Of a DNA stretch of 64,000 nt, positions 31,407 to 41,932 are shown one piece after another. The DNA comes from a bacterium (GTDB taxonomy: Bacteria > SAR324 > NAC60-12), in the NCBI GenBank assembly GCA_965209155.1, contig OZ242383.1, forward strand, positions 1,088,001-1,152,000, in the 5' to 3' direction. A model generated the notes under the pieces. It was not told where the DNA came from and ran no database searches. It saw only the letters and a program-made list of their open reading frames with translations. Position 1 is the first letter of the stretch; each line of letters opens with the position of its first letter. Both the position numbers and the translations under genes were made by a program.

Positions 31407-31712
31407 CTACCCTAACAATCGCTCACAGGCGCAGTAGAATGCGTTGCAGTCGACCAGGGCGAATACTTGATTCATTGGATCTCCCGCGCGACCGCCACCA
31501 CGATCCCCCAAACGGCGACTTCCATTTCGTTTGAAACTCGGATATCCATGATAATGGGGGCTGTCCGATCTCAGGATCACGCCCTTTCTGAAACGAAATA
31601 TTCGTTTGCAAAGCAGTTCGCCTTCGAATGCGATGACCGCTACCCGGCCGTCCACCAGGTCGACACTGCGGTCGACGATTAAAACGTCGTCCTGGAGAAT
31701 GAGAGGCGCCAT
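31407..31712 (-). pseudogene. umuD (S24 peptidase) fragment followed by a umuC N-terminal stub
   Basis: ILQDDVLIVDRS...GELLCKR; MNQVFALVDCNAFYCACERL. Confidence 0.75.
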
Positions 31713-31714
31713 CG

Positions 31715-32044
31715 CCTTTTCCGATTTTTGAGTGGGTCCGAAATGCGAATGGGAAGAAAGGGCAGGTTGCCTTCGCCCCGGATAACTACGACCTTATGTG
31801 GGCTCCTGCCCTTTATGACAATTGGGTATCAAAAGACAGCAAAATGAGCTTTCATTCATTTGCAGTGATCACCGGCGACCCGCCACCGGAAATCGAGGAA
31901 CAGGGGCACGATCGTTGTCCCATTTTTCTGCAGGAAACCCTGATCGACGACTGGCTTCAACCCCAAGGTAAATCCGCAGACTACTACTACGAATTACTGC
32001 AACGCAAAGAACCCGCTCACTACCGTCACACGCCGCTTGACTGA
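31715..32044 (+). pseudogene. SOS response-associated peptidase (SRAP) C-terminal fragment
   Basis: SFAVITGDPPPEIEEQGHDRCPIFL. Confidence 0.7.
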
Positions 32045-32059
32045 AATAAGAAGCTTTCT

Positions 32060-32632
32060 ATGACCTCAATACGAAAACGCATCGAAGAGCTTGTTGAGGT
32101 TGTCTCAAATCGTACAGATGAGAAGTCACTTGTCTCTTATAGCGAGACGATTTTGGAATCACTTCGGCAGGCTTGGCAAACTGATAGAAAGCAGTTTACA
32201 GAAGACGATGTTAAAACTTTGAAAAAAATCCAGTATCAGCTCTGCACATTAAAAATGTTTCTGCAAGAGCAAGAAGGATTTTCTGATATTGATACTTTAG
32301 AGGATGCGGAAGAGGTAATTCCCCGCCTTTATTCCATCTTAAAACATCTTGATGGGTTGGCTGTAGCAGGTCGGGTGCGGAAAGAAATAAGAGAATTGAT
32401 CGAGCGCAAGGAAACTATGCCCTCAGAGTCTGAACGGAAAAAAGCTCTTAAACTCTCTATCGCAATCAACCAGCTTAGTCGAAACGCACCTTTGTGTATA
32501 AAGTGTGGTAATCCAATGGTTTTGCGTAAAGGAGAAGACACGTATTTTTGGGGATGTTCGATATTTCCACAATGCAGGAAAACTCAGCAATTAATGCAAA
32601 GCGAGTTGGATTCATTACCAGATTTGCAATAA
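32060..32632 (+). CDS. Protein with a C-terminal topoisomerase C4 zinc finger
   Basis: CIKCGNPMVLRKG...FWGCSIFPQC. Confidence 0.8.
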   Translation: MTSIRKRIEELVEVVSNRTDEKSLVSYSETILESLRQAWQTDRKQFTEDDVKTLKKIQYQLCTLKMFLQEQEGFSDIDTLEDAEEVIPRLYSILKHLDGLAVAGRVRKEIRELIERKETMPSESERKKALKLSIAINQLSRNAPLCIKCGNPMVLRKGEDTYFWGCSIFPQCRKTQQLMQSELDSLPDLQ

Positions 32633-32651
32633 AAACCCAGAGATGGCTTTT

Positions 32652-33119
32652 TTACTGCCCTAATAAAGGATTCACTCCCCTGACATTAATTCCATGGTCG
32701 TAAACTAAATCTCCACCAGTCATACCAGACATGATTAATCCGATCAGTCCTATCAAAACAAGGATCACATAGAAAGTGGAATTTCCTGAATCAGTCTCCT
32801 TTAAACGAGTACGCCAGCGCCAGAGTGTCAGGGCAACGAAAAAAATAGTAACCGCAAAACTCCACATTTGATGGATTTCAATGACATCATGTAAATCAGT
32901 TGATTCGTAGGGGAAATGAGAGATCACCCCTGTGACACTGGCAATAAGCGCCCCCAGTGTGCCAATCCATAATAAAAGCCAAGACGATTCTTGCAGGTTG
33001 CCATTGGGTTTGAAGCGTGTCACAACACTCAATCCCACACTGATAACAAGCAGGGCAATCGGAAAATGAGCCGTTATGGGGTGCAAATCCTCAATTGTGT
33101 CGCTTAATACTTGTAACAT
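32652..33119 (-). CDS. DUF2231-like membrane protein
   Basis: HPITAHFPIAL...GGDLVYDHG. Confidence 0.8.
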   Translation of the reverse strand: MLQVLSDTIEDLHPITAHFPIALLVISVGLSVVTRFKPNGNLQESSWLLLWIGTLGALIASVTGVISHFPYESTDLHDVIEIHQMWSFAVTIFFVALTLWRWRTRLKETDSGNSTFYVILVLIGLIGLIMSGMTGGDLVYDHGINVRGVNPLLGQ

Positions 33120-33509
33120 CGATTCCTCCTTTTCTCATAATTTGAGTCAAACATTAACTAAATTATTTCAAAAAGGAGGTAAAAATTCATTTCAATACAG
33201 TTCTTTTTTGTATCAAAATGTATCAATATCGCGTATTGTGATTGCCATAAAGAATATCATCACTATTTTTATCTGAAGGTTGGAATTTTCTAGTGGAACT
33301 CGTCCTTCTATGGCATCAAGGGCCAAGGGTGGTTCCTCTCATTCCATTGCTTTACGAAGTACATTAAAATAACTTTCCTTAATGGCGAGTCGCTGCATCC
33401 TGTCCCACCCATCCAATCCAAGCATAAAAATGTGTGCTACTATCACATCCACGAAAATGATCAACTCGACGAAGAGTTATTAACGAGTTGGATTCGGCAA
33501 GCAACAAAT

Positions 33510-34359
33510 GGGGTCTGGCTTGAAATTTTGATATTTCAAGCAAATATTTGACGTTTCAGTACCTCTAATTGATTTTGGAGCCCCTCGGACTCCTTCAATT
33601 GTCGTCTCAACCGATGCTCTGCAAAGCGGATCATCTAATCATCTCGATTGAAAACTTCTCCGACCTCCCGAATCGTTGCGGACTTCCAATCGAAAGCCAA
33701 CAGGCCAATCATCGCGCGGGCTTCACTCAACTTTCGTGACTGCAGAGGAACCGTGTCATTCCTGGCTTGACCAGGAATCCAGGGGTAGGCAGCGAGCCAG
33801 GAATCTAGCGCGAGCCCTGGATACCGGATCATCCCAGACTTGATCCGGGACCAGTATGATAATGATGCTGTCATTCCTGGCTTGACCAAGAATCCAGAGG
33901 TAGGCAGCCAGACTGAAATCCGGATTCCGGCATGACCCCCCTGTTCTCTTCCTCGTCTTCGCCCGGAATGACATATACGCCAGGATACTCCTATTTTTGA
34001 AGATTTATGTCGAACTCGGGTTAATTCATTCTCCTGTAGTGGATAAACTCGAGCCACTTGATGAATGACATATACGCCAGGATACTCCTATTTTTGAAGA
34101 TTTATGTCGAACTCGGGTTAATTCATTCTCCTGTAGTGGATAAACTCGAGCCACTTGATGAATGATCCCTCCTGAAAGAGGAGAACAGGAAGGGACATGT
34201 TTGATTGCTCATTAAACAAAAGACATGAATCCGATGATCGAAGCGTTGGGAAGCCTCTGGGAGCAAGTGATAAAATGGTCGATAGTCGGGGGGACTGAAA
34301 AAAATGGATTGCCCCCATTGCCACGAAGCATCACATGGTAAAACGCACCAGGATAGTAA
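33510..34359 (-). mobile_element. RAYT/Y1-transposase remnant copy 9 (expanded REP module, ~97-bp internal duplication, right end missing)
   Basis: Left inverted repeat GGGGTCTGGCTTGAAATTTTG; GAATGACATATACGCC...GAACTCGGGTT occurs twice. Confidence 0.85.
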
Positions 34360-34435
34360 TTAACAAGGCTCCAGGAAATTCCGGGGAATCAAGTGATCGG
34401 AGCAATCTCATCACTCCCGCAGCAGGAATCGTCGG

Positions 34436-35854
34436 TCAATCTTGTCTGGTCTTGACCCAGGGCGGGTCACCGTCGTGGTGAAGAGCTTCCTGTACGGATG
34501 GCAGCAGGGTCTGGTATTCTGGCGTGGAAAGCAGTTCGGCCTTCTCTTCCAACCCGATAAGTTCTGGGATGGCCTTTTCATTACCAGCACCACCCATCTC
34601 TTCAATCTTACGAGCGGTGACCAATAAACGTGACTGGAGGGACCGGACGCTCTTGGTTTGCGCGTCAACGGCTTTGTTCAAGGCGACGCTGACGCTGTTC
34701 GCGTGTTCCATATACACGCGCAGCCGGTCGTAGAACTCTCCCGCCTCCTTGACGATGGCCTGGGCGTTCTGCTCCACCTTCGCCTGCTTCCAGCCGACGG
34801 CAATGGTTCTCAAAAGCGCGAGGAGCAGACCCGGTGTGGCGATGAGGACGCGATGGTTGCGCCAGACCTGGTCCCAAATACCACTTTTTGCGCGTTCGGC
34901 GGCATCCAGGATGTTGTCATGTCCGAGGAACATGACGACGAAATCGAAACTCCCTTCCACTCCGTAAGCGTACTCCTTCTTCGCCAACTGACCGGCGTGG
35001 CCGAGCAAGGCATGGACGTGCTGTTCGAATAGTTCCTTTTGCCTGGACGAGTCCTCTGTTTCATAGGCGTCGAGATACGATTCCATAGGCATCTTGGAGT
35101 CGACCACGATTCGCTTGTCTCCAGGGATCCTGACAATCATGTCTGGTCTGAGCGCGCTTTCCTGTCCGGCAATGGTTTCCTGTTCCATGAACTCGACGTG
35201 TTCGAGCATACCTGCCGACTCGACAACGTTTCGCAGCTGTTGTTCTCCCCAATTGCCACGAGCGCGGGCCGATCGCAGGGCTCGATGGAGATTGCCGGTC
35301 TCCGTCCGAAGTTGACTGATCACGTCGCCTGAATTCTTGACGGCCGTCAGCACTGCCGCATAAGCGCCTTCTCGAACCTTTTCGATTTCTTGAACTCGCT
35401 TTTGAAATTCTTTCAAAGAATCGCCAACGGGCTTAACGCTGGCTTCTACCGCTTTCTGGCGCGCTTCCAGGTCGCGGTCGGCACGCTTGCGCAGTTCTTC
35501 GGAAGTCGACTCGACGACCCGGGTAGCGATTCCCTTGAATTGGAGGTCGAGTTGCTGCCGGGCTTTTTCCAGCTCCTGCTGACGTGCCTGGTGATCGGCC
35601 CTCACTCCAGCCAGTTCCACCGTTTTCTTCGCAAGTTCCGCTTCGGCTTGCGTCGCTCGCTGCCCGGCTTTCTCATACTGTTCCGAGATGTTCTTCAGGT
35701 CCTGTTCGAAGCGCGCCTTGTCGATTTCCATTCTCCGAAATTCGTCGTTTCTGGAAATCAATGCCTTGACTTCACGCCGGGAGCGCATCAAAAAGAATAA
35801 GAGCAAGCTGACGACAGCAACTGATGCAATGATGAGTGTGAGTAAAGGTTCCAT
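34436..35854 (-). CDS. rmuC: DNA recombination protein RmuC
   Basis: RGNWGEQQL, RPDMIV, VVDSKMP, DFVVMFL. Confidence 0.92.
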   Translation of the reverse strand: MEPLLTLIIASVAVVSLLLFFLMRSRREVKALISRNDEFRRMEIDKARFEQDLKNISEQYEKAGQRATQAEAELAKKTVELAGVRADHQARQQELEKARQQLDLQFKGIATRVVESTSEELRKRADRDLEARQKAVEASVKPVGDSLKEFQKRVQEIEKVREGAYAAVLTAVKNSGDVISQLRTETGNLHRALRSARARGNWGEQQLRNVVESAGMLEHVEFMEQETIAGQESALRPDMIVRIPGDKRIVVDSKMPMESYLDAYETEDSSRQKELFEQHVHALLGHAGQLAKKEYAYGVEGSFDFVVMFLGHDNILDAAERAKSGIWDQVWRNHRVLIATPGLLLALLRTIAVGWKQAKVEQNAQAIVKEAGEFYDRLRVYMEHANSVSVALNKAVDAQTKSVRSLQSRLLVTARKIEEMGGAGNEKAIPELIGLEEKAELLSTPEYQTLLPSVQEALHHDGDPPWVKTRQD

Positions 35855-36008
35855 CCGATTCTGAAATTGGAGTCGTCAACCAGGAATATCAAAAACCACC
35901 CGGACGACAACCCTTGAAAAAGGGGTGCGTCGAGAGACATCCCGCATAACGGTTCGATTGTCGACTGCTGCGACCTGGTCGCTTCCATCCCCTGCCGTTT
36001 CTTGTCTT

Positions 36009-37289
36009 CTAAAAGAAGACAAAGGAGCGGACCACGACGTTCTTCCGGCAGGGGGCGTCTTCAGGAGCAGTCGGGTCGATACAGGCGGAGTGAAATGACC
36101 AACGAGAGACGGAACCGTCGGTGACGGAGTCGTAGCACTTGAGCATCGAGACCTCGGTGGGTTTCTGACGGGGGAACCAGTACCATTCGTGGTCGGGACG
36201 GTAGGTGAAGCGAGTGGTCTCTCCCACACGGTCGTCGTAAATGCGGTAGTTGGTGATGTAAGGCTGGTCCGCGAAAGACGGCCAGGCACAGAGCACGAAA
36301 GGGTTCTGACGCACCGTCTCCATCGGCTTGGCGAGATTGATCGACATGAAGCGCCGTGACATCTTCTCCCTGGCCTGCTCCTCCGTATATTGCTGCTCAC
36401 GCCCGAAGTTTCTCAGGTTTTTCGTAAGCAACTCGTGACAGCGTACGCGACCACTGTTGTCATTCAGGTCGTTGTGTACGAGGTAGGCATAGTTTGCGTT
36501 CACACCCGGGTTTTTGTTGTCCTGGTCCTCCGTGCGGTCACCCTCGTAGTCCTGGTTGAACACATCGTGGTTGTACACGAGCGCATCGGTCGCATCCGGG
36601 AAAAAATCCAAGAGGAGCCTCTCCATTTCCAGGTAGAATACGCGCTCCACTTCCGCCGCGTCATAAAAATTTTCGCACTCGGATTCGCAGTGACCCAAGG
36701 CGAGACCAAGTTTGTCCATACACTCGGGACTGTTGGGCGAGAGACCCGGATAGTACTCCTCCATTCGCCGCGCGTCGCGCAAAACCTGCGGAAAATAGAG
36801 GCATCGCCGACTGATGTCCTGCTCTTCCTTGCGTAACGATTCTGCCTCGGCCTCGCGGGCCGGATCCCGCCAAAGCGCATTGGAGGGGACTATGGTGTAA
36901 GTCGGCTGCTCGTGGACGGTATAGCGCAATGGGAGCGCTACGCCACCTTCAGGGGTCTTGATGTCGTTCGCCCGTATATAGTCCTGACATTCGGAGTGCT
37001 TCCGGAACCCGAGGCCCCACTTCGTCTCGATGGGACCAGGAGGAGCGTTGTCGAGTCTATCGATAATCGTCTGTCCCTCTCCCCCGGCGATCAAGCGGAA
37101 TGCCGCTTCCGTCGCCGCAGCAGTTCCCGCATCCCCGTCCTGCTCGAACGACATGTAGGACAACCCCCCGTTCGCGGCAATGGGAGGTGACTGCCCTTCC
37201 GTCAGTTGGAAAGGTGGTACATAGACCGGTGACGGTGTTGCCGAAACCGGCGAAATCGGGTCCGCAATGTTTCCTTTGAGCCTGTCCAT
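36009..37289 (-). CDS. CmcJ/NvfI-family oxidoreductase with an N-terminal extension
   Basis: VHND, HEWYWFP, KCYDS and FHSA motifs; start codon uncertain. Confidence 0.7.
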   Translation of the reverse strand: MDRLKGNIADPISPVSATPSPVYVPPFQLTEGQSPPIAANGGLSYMSFEQDGDAGTAAATEAAFRLIAGGEGQTIIDRLDNAPPGPIETKWGLGFRKHSECQDYIRANDIKTPEGGVALPLRYTVHEQPTYTIVPSNALWRDPAREAEAESLRKEEQDISRRCLYFPQVLRDARRMEEYYPGLSPNSPECMDKLGLALGHCESECENFYDAAEVERVFYLEMERLLLDFFPDATDALVYNHDVFNQDYEGDRTEDQDNKNPGVNANYAYLVHNDLNDNSGRVRCHELLTKNLRNFGREQQYTEEQAREKMSRRFMSINLAKPMETVRQNPFVLCAWPSFADQPYITNYRIYDDRVGETTRFTYRPDHEWYWFPRQKPTEVSMLKCYDSVTDGSVSRWSFHSACIDPTAPEDAPCRKNVVVRSFVFF

Positions 37290-37458
37290 CGTGTATCCTT
37301 CGCTAAATAAGTGTATCTTTCGGTTAAACAAACTTCAATCATTATTACACAAAAGGATTGTAATGCTCAAGCTGTAACATTCCCGATCCCATACTCAATC
37401 ACTCACCGGCGCCATTTTCTTCAACCCCGAGCGAATATTTTTTACAATTTTTATCTGT

Positions 37459-38427
37459 TTAACTTTTGAAAGGATTGATCAGTCGGGCCAGGAGAGCTCG
37501 TTTGCGTTTTCCCATGGCGCCGTAACTGCCCTGCCCTCCCCGCAGTCTGGGATCGAGCAGGTCCCGCATGGCATCGCCGAACATGTTCAGGCTGTAAACG
37601 ACGACCGTCAGGCAAAGCCCCGGCCAGAGCGCCAGCCAGGGCGCCTGTTCCATGTAGTGACGTCCTTCCCGGCTGAGCATTCCTCCCCAACTGGGGATCT
37701 GGGCGGGCAGACCGAATCCGAGGAAGCTCAGTGAAGCCTCACTGATGATCACCCCCCCGATGTTGATGGAAAAGATGATGATGAGGGGCGCCATTATATT
37801 GGGCAGGACGTGGCGGATCAGGATATGGATTGTCGGGGTGCCCACGGCCCTGGCTGCCAGAAAATAGTCATTCTCTTTGACCCCGATCACAGCGCCCCGG
37901 GCTACCCTCGAACTGCCGATACCTCCCGTTATCCCCAAGACCACGATGATCTGTGTCAGACCCTGCCCTGCTATCGACATAATCGTCAACAAGAGGAGCA
38001 GCCCCGGAAAGGCCATCCAGGCATCGACGAATCGCTGGGCAACCAGGTCCACTTTACCCCCGATAAATCCCGAAATGCCGCCGATCAACACGGCGACGAA
38101 CACGTTGAGCGTGGTCGCTGCCAGACCAACCAGCAATGAAATACGAGCCCCGTGGATCAGACGGCTCAGGAAGTCTCTCCCGATGTAGTCGGTTCCCAGA
38201 AGATACCGCTCTGATGAGCCCTGAAGCCTGTCTGCCGGGTGTACTTCAGCATAAGGATAAGGAGCCAGAACATCGGCAAAGATCGCCACCAGGATCATTA
38301 ACAGTACGATCATCCCGCAAATCGTGCCGAGTGGCTTCTCCCGCAACAGTCTGGTGAAGAAAAGCGCCAGCCTGCCACCTCGTTTGAGCTCTATGGTTAG
38401 GAGTCGTGTCTCTTTGGTGTTGCCCAT
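37459..38427 (-). CDS. Peptide/nickel ABC transporter permease (DppC-like)
   Basis: LGTDYIGRD, HVLPN, EASLSFLGFG, PSWG. Confidence 0.92.
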   Translation of the reverse strand: MGNTKETRLLTIELKRGGRLALFFTRLLREKPLGTICGMIVLLMILVAIFADVLAPYPYAEVHPADRLQGSSERYLLGTDYIGRDFLSRLIHGARISLLVGLAATTLNVFVAVLIGGISGFIGGKVDLVAQRFVDAWMAFPGLLLLLTIMSIAGQGLTQIIVVLGITGGIGSSRVARGAVIGVKENDYFLAARAVGTPTIHILIRHVLPNIMAPLIIIFSINIGGVIISEASLSFLGFGLPAQIPSWGGMLSREGRHYMEQAPWLALWPGLCLTVVVYSLNMFGDAMRDLLDPRLRGGQGSYGAMGKRKRALLARLINPFKS

Positions 38428-38515
38428 GATTCCAATTTCTCTACCGGCAGGGCCGGGCGACGTCCAAACCTGAAAACGCATCGCTCCCATTGACCGGGAC
38501 GTCACCCGACCCTGC

Positions 38516-39475
38516 CTATTCATACCTGAACCTGGGGTCCAAGTATGCATAAACCAGGTCGATTACCAGGTTGATTGCTAAAACCACGATACCGAAAAAA
38601 AGGTTGATTCCCTGGACCACCGGGTAGTCCCGGTTTTGCAGGGCATCCAGCATGAGACGACCGAGTCCCGGCAAATTAAAAAGGTTCTCCATGATCACGG
38701 CGCCGCCCACCAGGATCGGCAACTGCAAGCCGATGAGGGAGATCACCGGGATGAGGGCATTCTTGATGGCGTGTCGGATCACCACGACCCGTTCCGCCAT
38801 TCCCTTGGACCAGGCAGTACGGATATAGTCCTGCCGGAGCACTTCCAACATCATGGTACGCGTCATCCGCATCGTGCTGGCAGACATGGCCGTCCCCAGA
38901 ATCACGGAGGGAATGAGAAACACTCCCAAATTGCCCAGCGGGTCTTCGCTGAAAGGAACCAGTTCCATCGGGGGCGACCAGCCCCACCAGATGGACGGGT
39001 AGAGCATCACCATCACGCCCAGCCAGAAGTTCGGCGTGGCCAAGCCGATGATGGCGAGGGAACGTCCCGCGTAATCGGTAGCGGTGTCCTGGCGAATCGC
39101 CGAGTAGATGCCCACCGGCAGCGCGATCAGGAGCCCGATGACGATGGCCAGCAGACCAAGCTCGAGGGTGACCGGCAATCTTTCTATGATTTGATCCTCA
39201 ACCGGCCACTCGTGCATCAATGATTCGCCCAAGGTGCCCTGCACGAAAATATCTCTTGACCAGCGTCCATACTGAACCCAGACCGGCACGTCCAGTCCCA
39301 GCTTCTTCGCCAGTGCTTCACGGTCCACAACACTGACGTCGAAGTAGCCCAACCTGAGTACCATGGCGTCCATCACATCACCCGGGATGAAGCGCACCGA
39401 GAGAAAGACCAGGATGCTCAAGAGAAACAGGGTGGGGATGAACAGCAATACCCGCCGGATGAGATAGGCTCTCAT
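38516..39475 (-). CDS. Peptide/nickel ABC transporter permease (DppB-like)
   Basis: RLPVTLEL, DYIRTAWSKG, RDYPVVQG. Confidence 0.92.
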   Translation of the reverse strand: MRAYLIRRVLLFIPTLFLLSILVFLSVRFIPGDVMDAMVLRLGYFDVSVVDREALAKKLGLDVPVWVQYGRWSRDIFVQGTLGESLMHEWPVEDQIIERLPVTLELGLLAIVIGLLIALPVGIYSAIRQDTATDYAGRSLAIIGLATPNFWLGVMVMLYPSIWWGWSPPMELVPFSEDPLGNLGVFLIPSVILGTAMSASTMRMTRTMMLEVLRQDYIRTAWSKGMAERVVVIRHAIKNALIPVISLIGLQLPILVGGAVIMENLFNLPGLGRLMLDALQNRDYPVVQGINLFFGIVVLAINLVIDLVYAYLDPRFRYE

Positions 39476-39575
39476 GTGATACCTCCTCCCGCATTCAGCA
39501 GTTTGGCCACGCCTGTGGCCAAACTGCGTCTCTGCCTCCCACCAGGGGAGGGATAACCAGGTTCCGGCACAGCTC

Positions 39576-41369
39576 TTAGTGCCCCATTTCTTTTTTCAAC
39601 GCACTATCGATCCAGAGGCGGGCGAAGATGTTCACGGAGCGGTCCTGCCGTGAAAGCTGGCCTTCCCCGTTGTAACCTTTCACCCAGGGCTGGGTCGCGC
39701 TGTAGCTTGGCGCTTTGGGCCCCCAGAGCACCCAGTGTTTCGCCATGATGTACATGTCAGCCTCTTTGGCCAGCTCCTGCTGCTCCTCGACGGTGGTAGC
39801 GGCTGCCACGGCTTCATAGAGGGCGTCATACTCCGCGTCCTGCGGTCCGGGGGGGCTCCAGGAAGCCTGGGAGTAAAACGTCAACAGTGGCACCAGCGGG
39901 GGATAGTCAAAGGCGCCGGCGGTCAGACCAAACAACAAGCCTTCGAAAGTGTGTTCGCGCGCCATGGCAGCGCCGGTCGGCGTGTCCATCGTGGTGATCT
40001 CGGCCTCGATGCCGATGACGGACCAGTAGGCGACCTGCAATTCCGCATAGCCCAGGTCGGCTCGGATTCCGGGAGCGACGAGGTTGAATGGGAGCTTGAA
40101 TCGAACACCGTCCGCGCCGCGCGGGTAACCCGCCTCATCCAGCAATGCCTCCGCAGCTTCCGGGTCATACATATAGGTTCTTCGAACCTCTTCGGGCCAC
40201 TCTTCGAATGGAGTGTTGTAGCCGGGGACACCCGTTCCGATCATCCCTTGAGGTTGCCAGTCGGCATCACCTCCCAAGTAGGTATCGTTGATCGTCTCGA
40301 GGTCCAGGGCCATCTGCATGGCCTGGCGCACCCTGATGTCGTTGGTGGGCGACTCCACGCGCTCGTTGAAGGTGGGATTCAGACGCGCCAGAACATCCCA
40401 ACTGTGCAACACGATTTCGGGGTTGGTCTTGCGCAGGCTCTCTGCGTCGTCAAGAGACCTGATCGAGCCGCCAATAAATCCAAGGTGATCCACCCTGCCG
40501 GAGCGCAGCGCCGCCAGCCACGTTGTCTTTTCTTTGATGATCAGGGCTTTCAACTCGTCGATGTAGGGCAGGCGGTTCTGCGGGTACTTCTCGTCGTTGC
40601 GCCAATAGTCGGGATTCTTCGTATGGGTGAAGGAACTGCCCCCGACGAAGTCCGTCAGCTCATAGGGACCGGTGCCGACCACGTTCTGCCAATCATTGAC
40701 ATCGCCGTGTTGCTCTATCACCTCGGGGGGATTGATGAACGCGCCCCAGTGGTTGAGGACATCACTCAGGAAGGTGATGCTCGGCGCGCTCAGCTTCATC
40801 ACCACCGTCCATTCGTCGGTGGCTGTTACCGACTCAAGGGGTTCCCTGCCGAATTCCTCGAGACTGGTGCTCGCTTCACTGAACTTGCCCAGACCGAAAT
40901 AGCGGTGAAAGTTGTATTCGATGTCCTTGGCGGTGAGTTCGCGACCGTTCATCGGTGACTTATTGTGCCAGTGAACACCCTGGCGGATCTTGAAGACATA
41001 CGTCAGCGGGTCGGGCCGCGACCAACTTTCCGCCAGCAGCCCTGTAAAGGCGAACTCGGGAATGAACAGGGGGTGGAAGTTGAAGACCTCCCGGTCTATG
41101 GCCCAGTTTCCGATGCCGAGCTTCTCGATTACGCCACTGATGAGGTAACCTGCACCCGCCCCGAACCAGGCGTCCGTCCGATTCGGCTCGCCCGAAAAGA
41201 CGTAGGTCAAGCTCCCGCCATACTCCGGCGCAGTCACCATCATTCCGGTGGTGGGGTCTGTGACCATGTGTGAGTCGGCAAAGGTTGAGCCGACCCCGAA
41301 GCCGGCCACCACCAGGATGAAAGCTAACAATAATTGAATCGTTCTTTTTTCTTTTACGAACTTTGTCAT
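39576..41369 (-). CDS. Family 5 ABC substrate-binding protein
   Basis: Signal peptide, LAESW, GTGPY, NPDYW, RVRQA. Confidence 0.92.
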   Translation of the reverse strand: MTKFVKEKRTIQLLLAFILVVAGFGVGSTFADSHMVTDPTTGMMVTAPEYGGSLTYVFSGEPNRTDAWFGAGAGYLISGVIEKLGIGNWAIDREVFNFHPLFIPEFAFTGLLAESWSRPDPLTYVFKIRQGVHWHNKSPMNGRELTAKDIEYNFHRYFGLGKFSEASTSLEEFGREPLESVTATDEWTVVMKLSAPSITFLSDVLNHWGAFINPPEVIEQHGDVNDWQNVVGTGPYELTDFVGGSSFTHTKNPDYWRNDEKYPQNRLPYIDELKALIIKEKTTWLAALRSGRVDHLGFIGGSIRSLDDAESLRKTNPEIVLHSWDVLARLNPTFNERVESPTNDIRVRQAMQMALDLETINDTYLGGDADWQPQGMIGTGVPGYNTPFEEWPEEVRRTYMYDPEAAEALLDEAGYPRGADGVRFKLPFNLVAPGIRADLGYAELQVAYWSVIGIEAEITTMDTPTGAAMAREHTFEGLLFGLTAGAFDYPPLVPLLTFYSQASWSPPGPQDAEYDALYEAVAAATTVEEQQELAKEADMYIMAKHWVLWGPKAPSYSATQPWVKGYNGEGQLSRQDRSVNIFARLWIDSALKKEMGH

Positions 41370-41545
41370 AAATCCTCCTTATCGATTTGACAAAAGTGAT
41401 CCCTTGAAACAAGGGCAGTTAAGGACCCATGGAAACCGTTTGAATTTCCGGGCCTTCTTCACCCACCATTGGGCGAACGAAAGTCCTCTATACGCCCCCC
41501 TCCCGGAAATGTCAAGAAATAAATTGCAAAAAAATCAGATATAGT

Positions 41546-41750
41546 AACCCGAGTTCGACATAAATCTTCAATTGATGGAGTATCCTGGTGTCTATTTCAT
41601 CTTCACTCAATCCCGGATCAAGAACGGAAGGGATCCAGATTTCTGTCTGGTTGCATACCCCTGGGTTCCTGGCCCAGACCAGCAATCCAGTTCGCCTTTG
41701 TGCCTTTGTGCCTCTGTGCCTCTGTGCCTTCCCTCCGTGCCTTTGTGCCT
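41546..41750. repeat. Stand-alone degenerate REP module plus (CTTTGTGC/CTCTGTGC)n octamer repeat
   Basis: Reverse complement of the module found inside the RAYT remnants. Confidence 0.75.
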
Positions 41751-41932
41751 TCTTGATGATCTTCCGCAAGTTCCATACACGTAACATGAGTCAGCAATTT
41801 ACAGTTGCAAATCAAAAAGGTTTCATATAGAAATAAGGAGGGATCTCAAGGTCTCTCAATGTATTCGGCAAGACAGGTATGAAATTCAAGTGCAAAGCAT
41901 TATAATTAAATGATTTACCCAAGGAGCGTGAA

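Noticed and set aside
2880..34359. Classical integron
   Set aside because: I saw no tyrosine-recombinase intI and no attC-type RYYYAAC...GTTRRRY sites; the repeated unit is transposase-derived.
39735..40958. Long antisense ORFs (also 4091-5230)
   Set aside because: They are shadows of GC-rich genes on the opposite strand.
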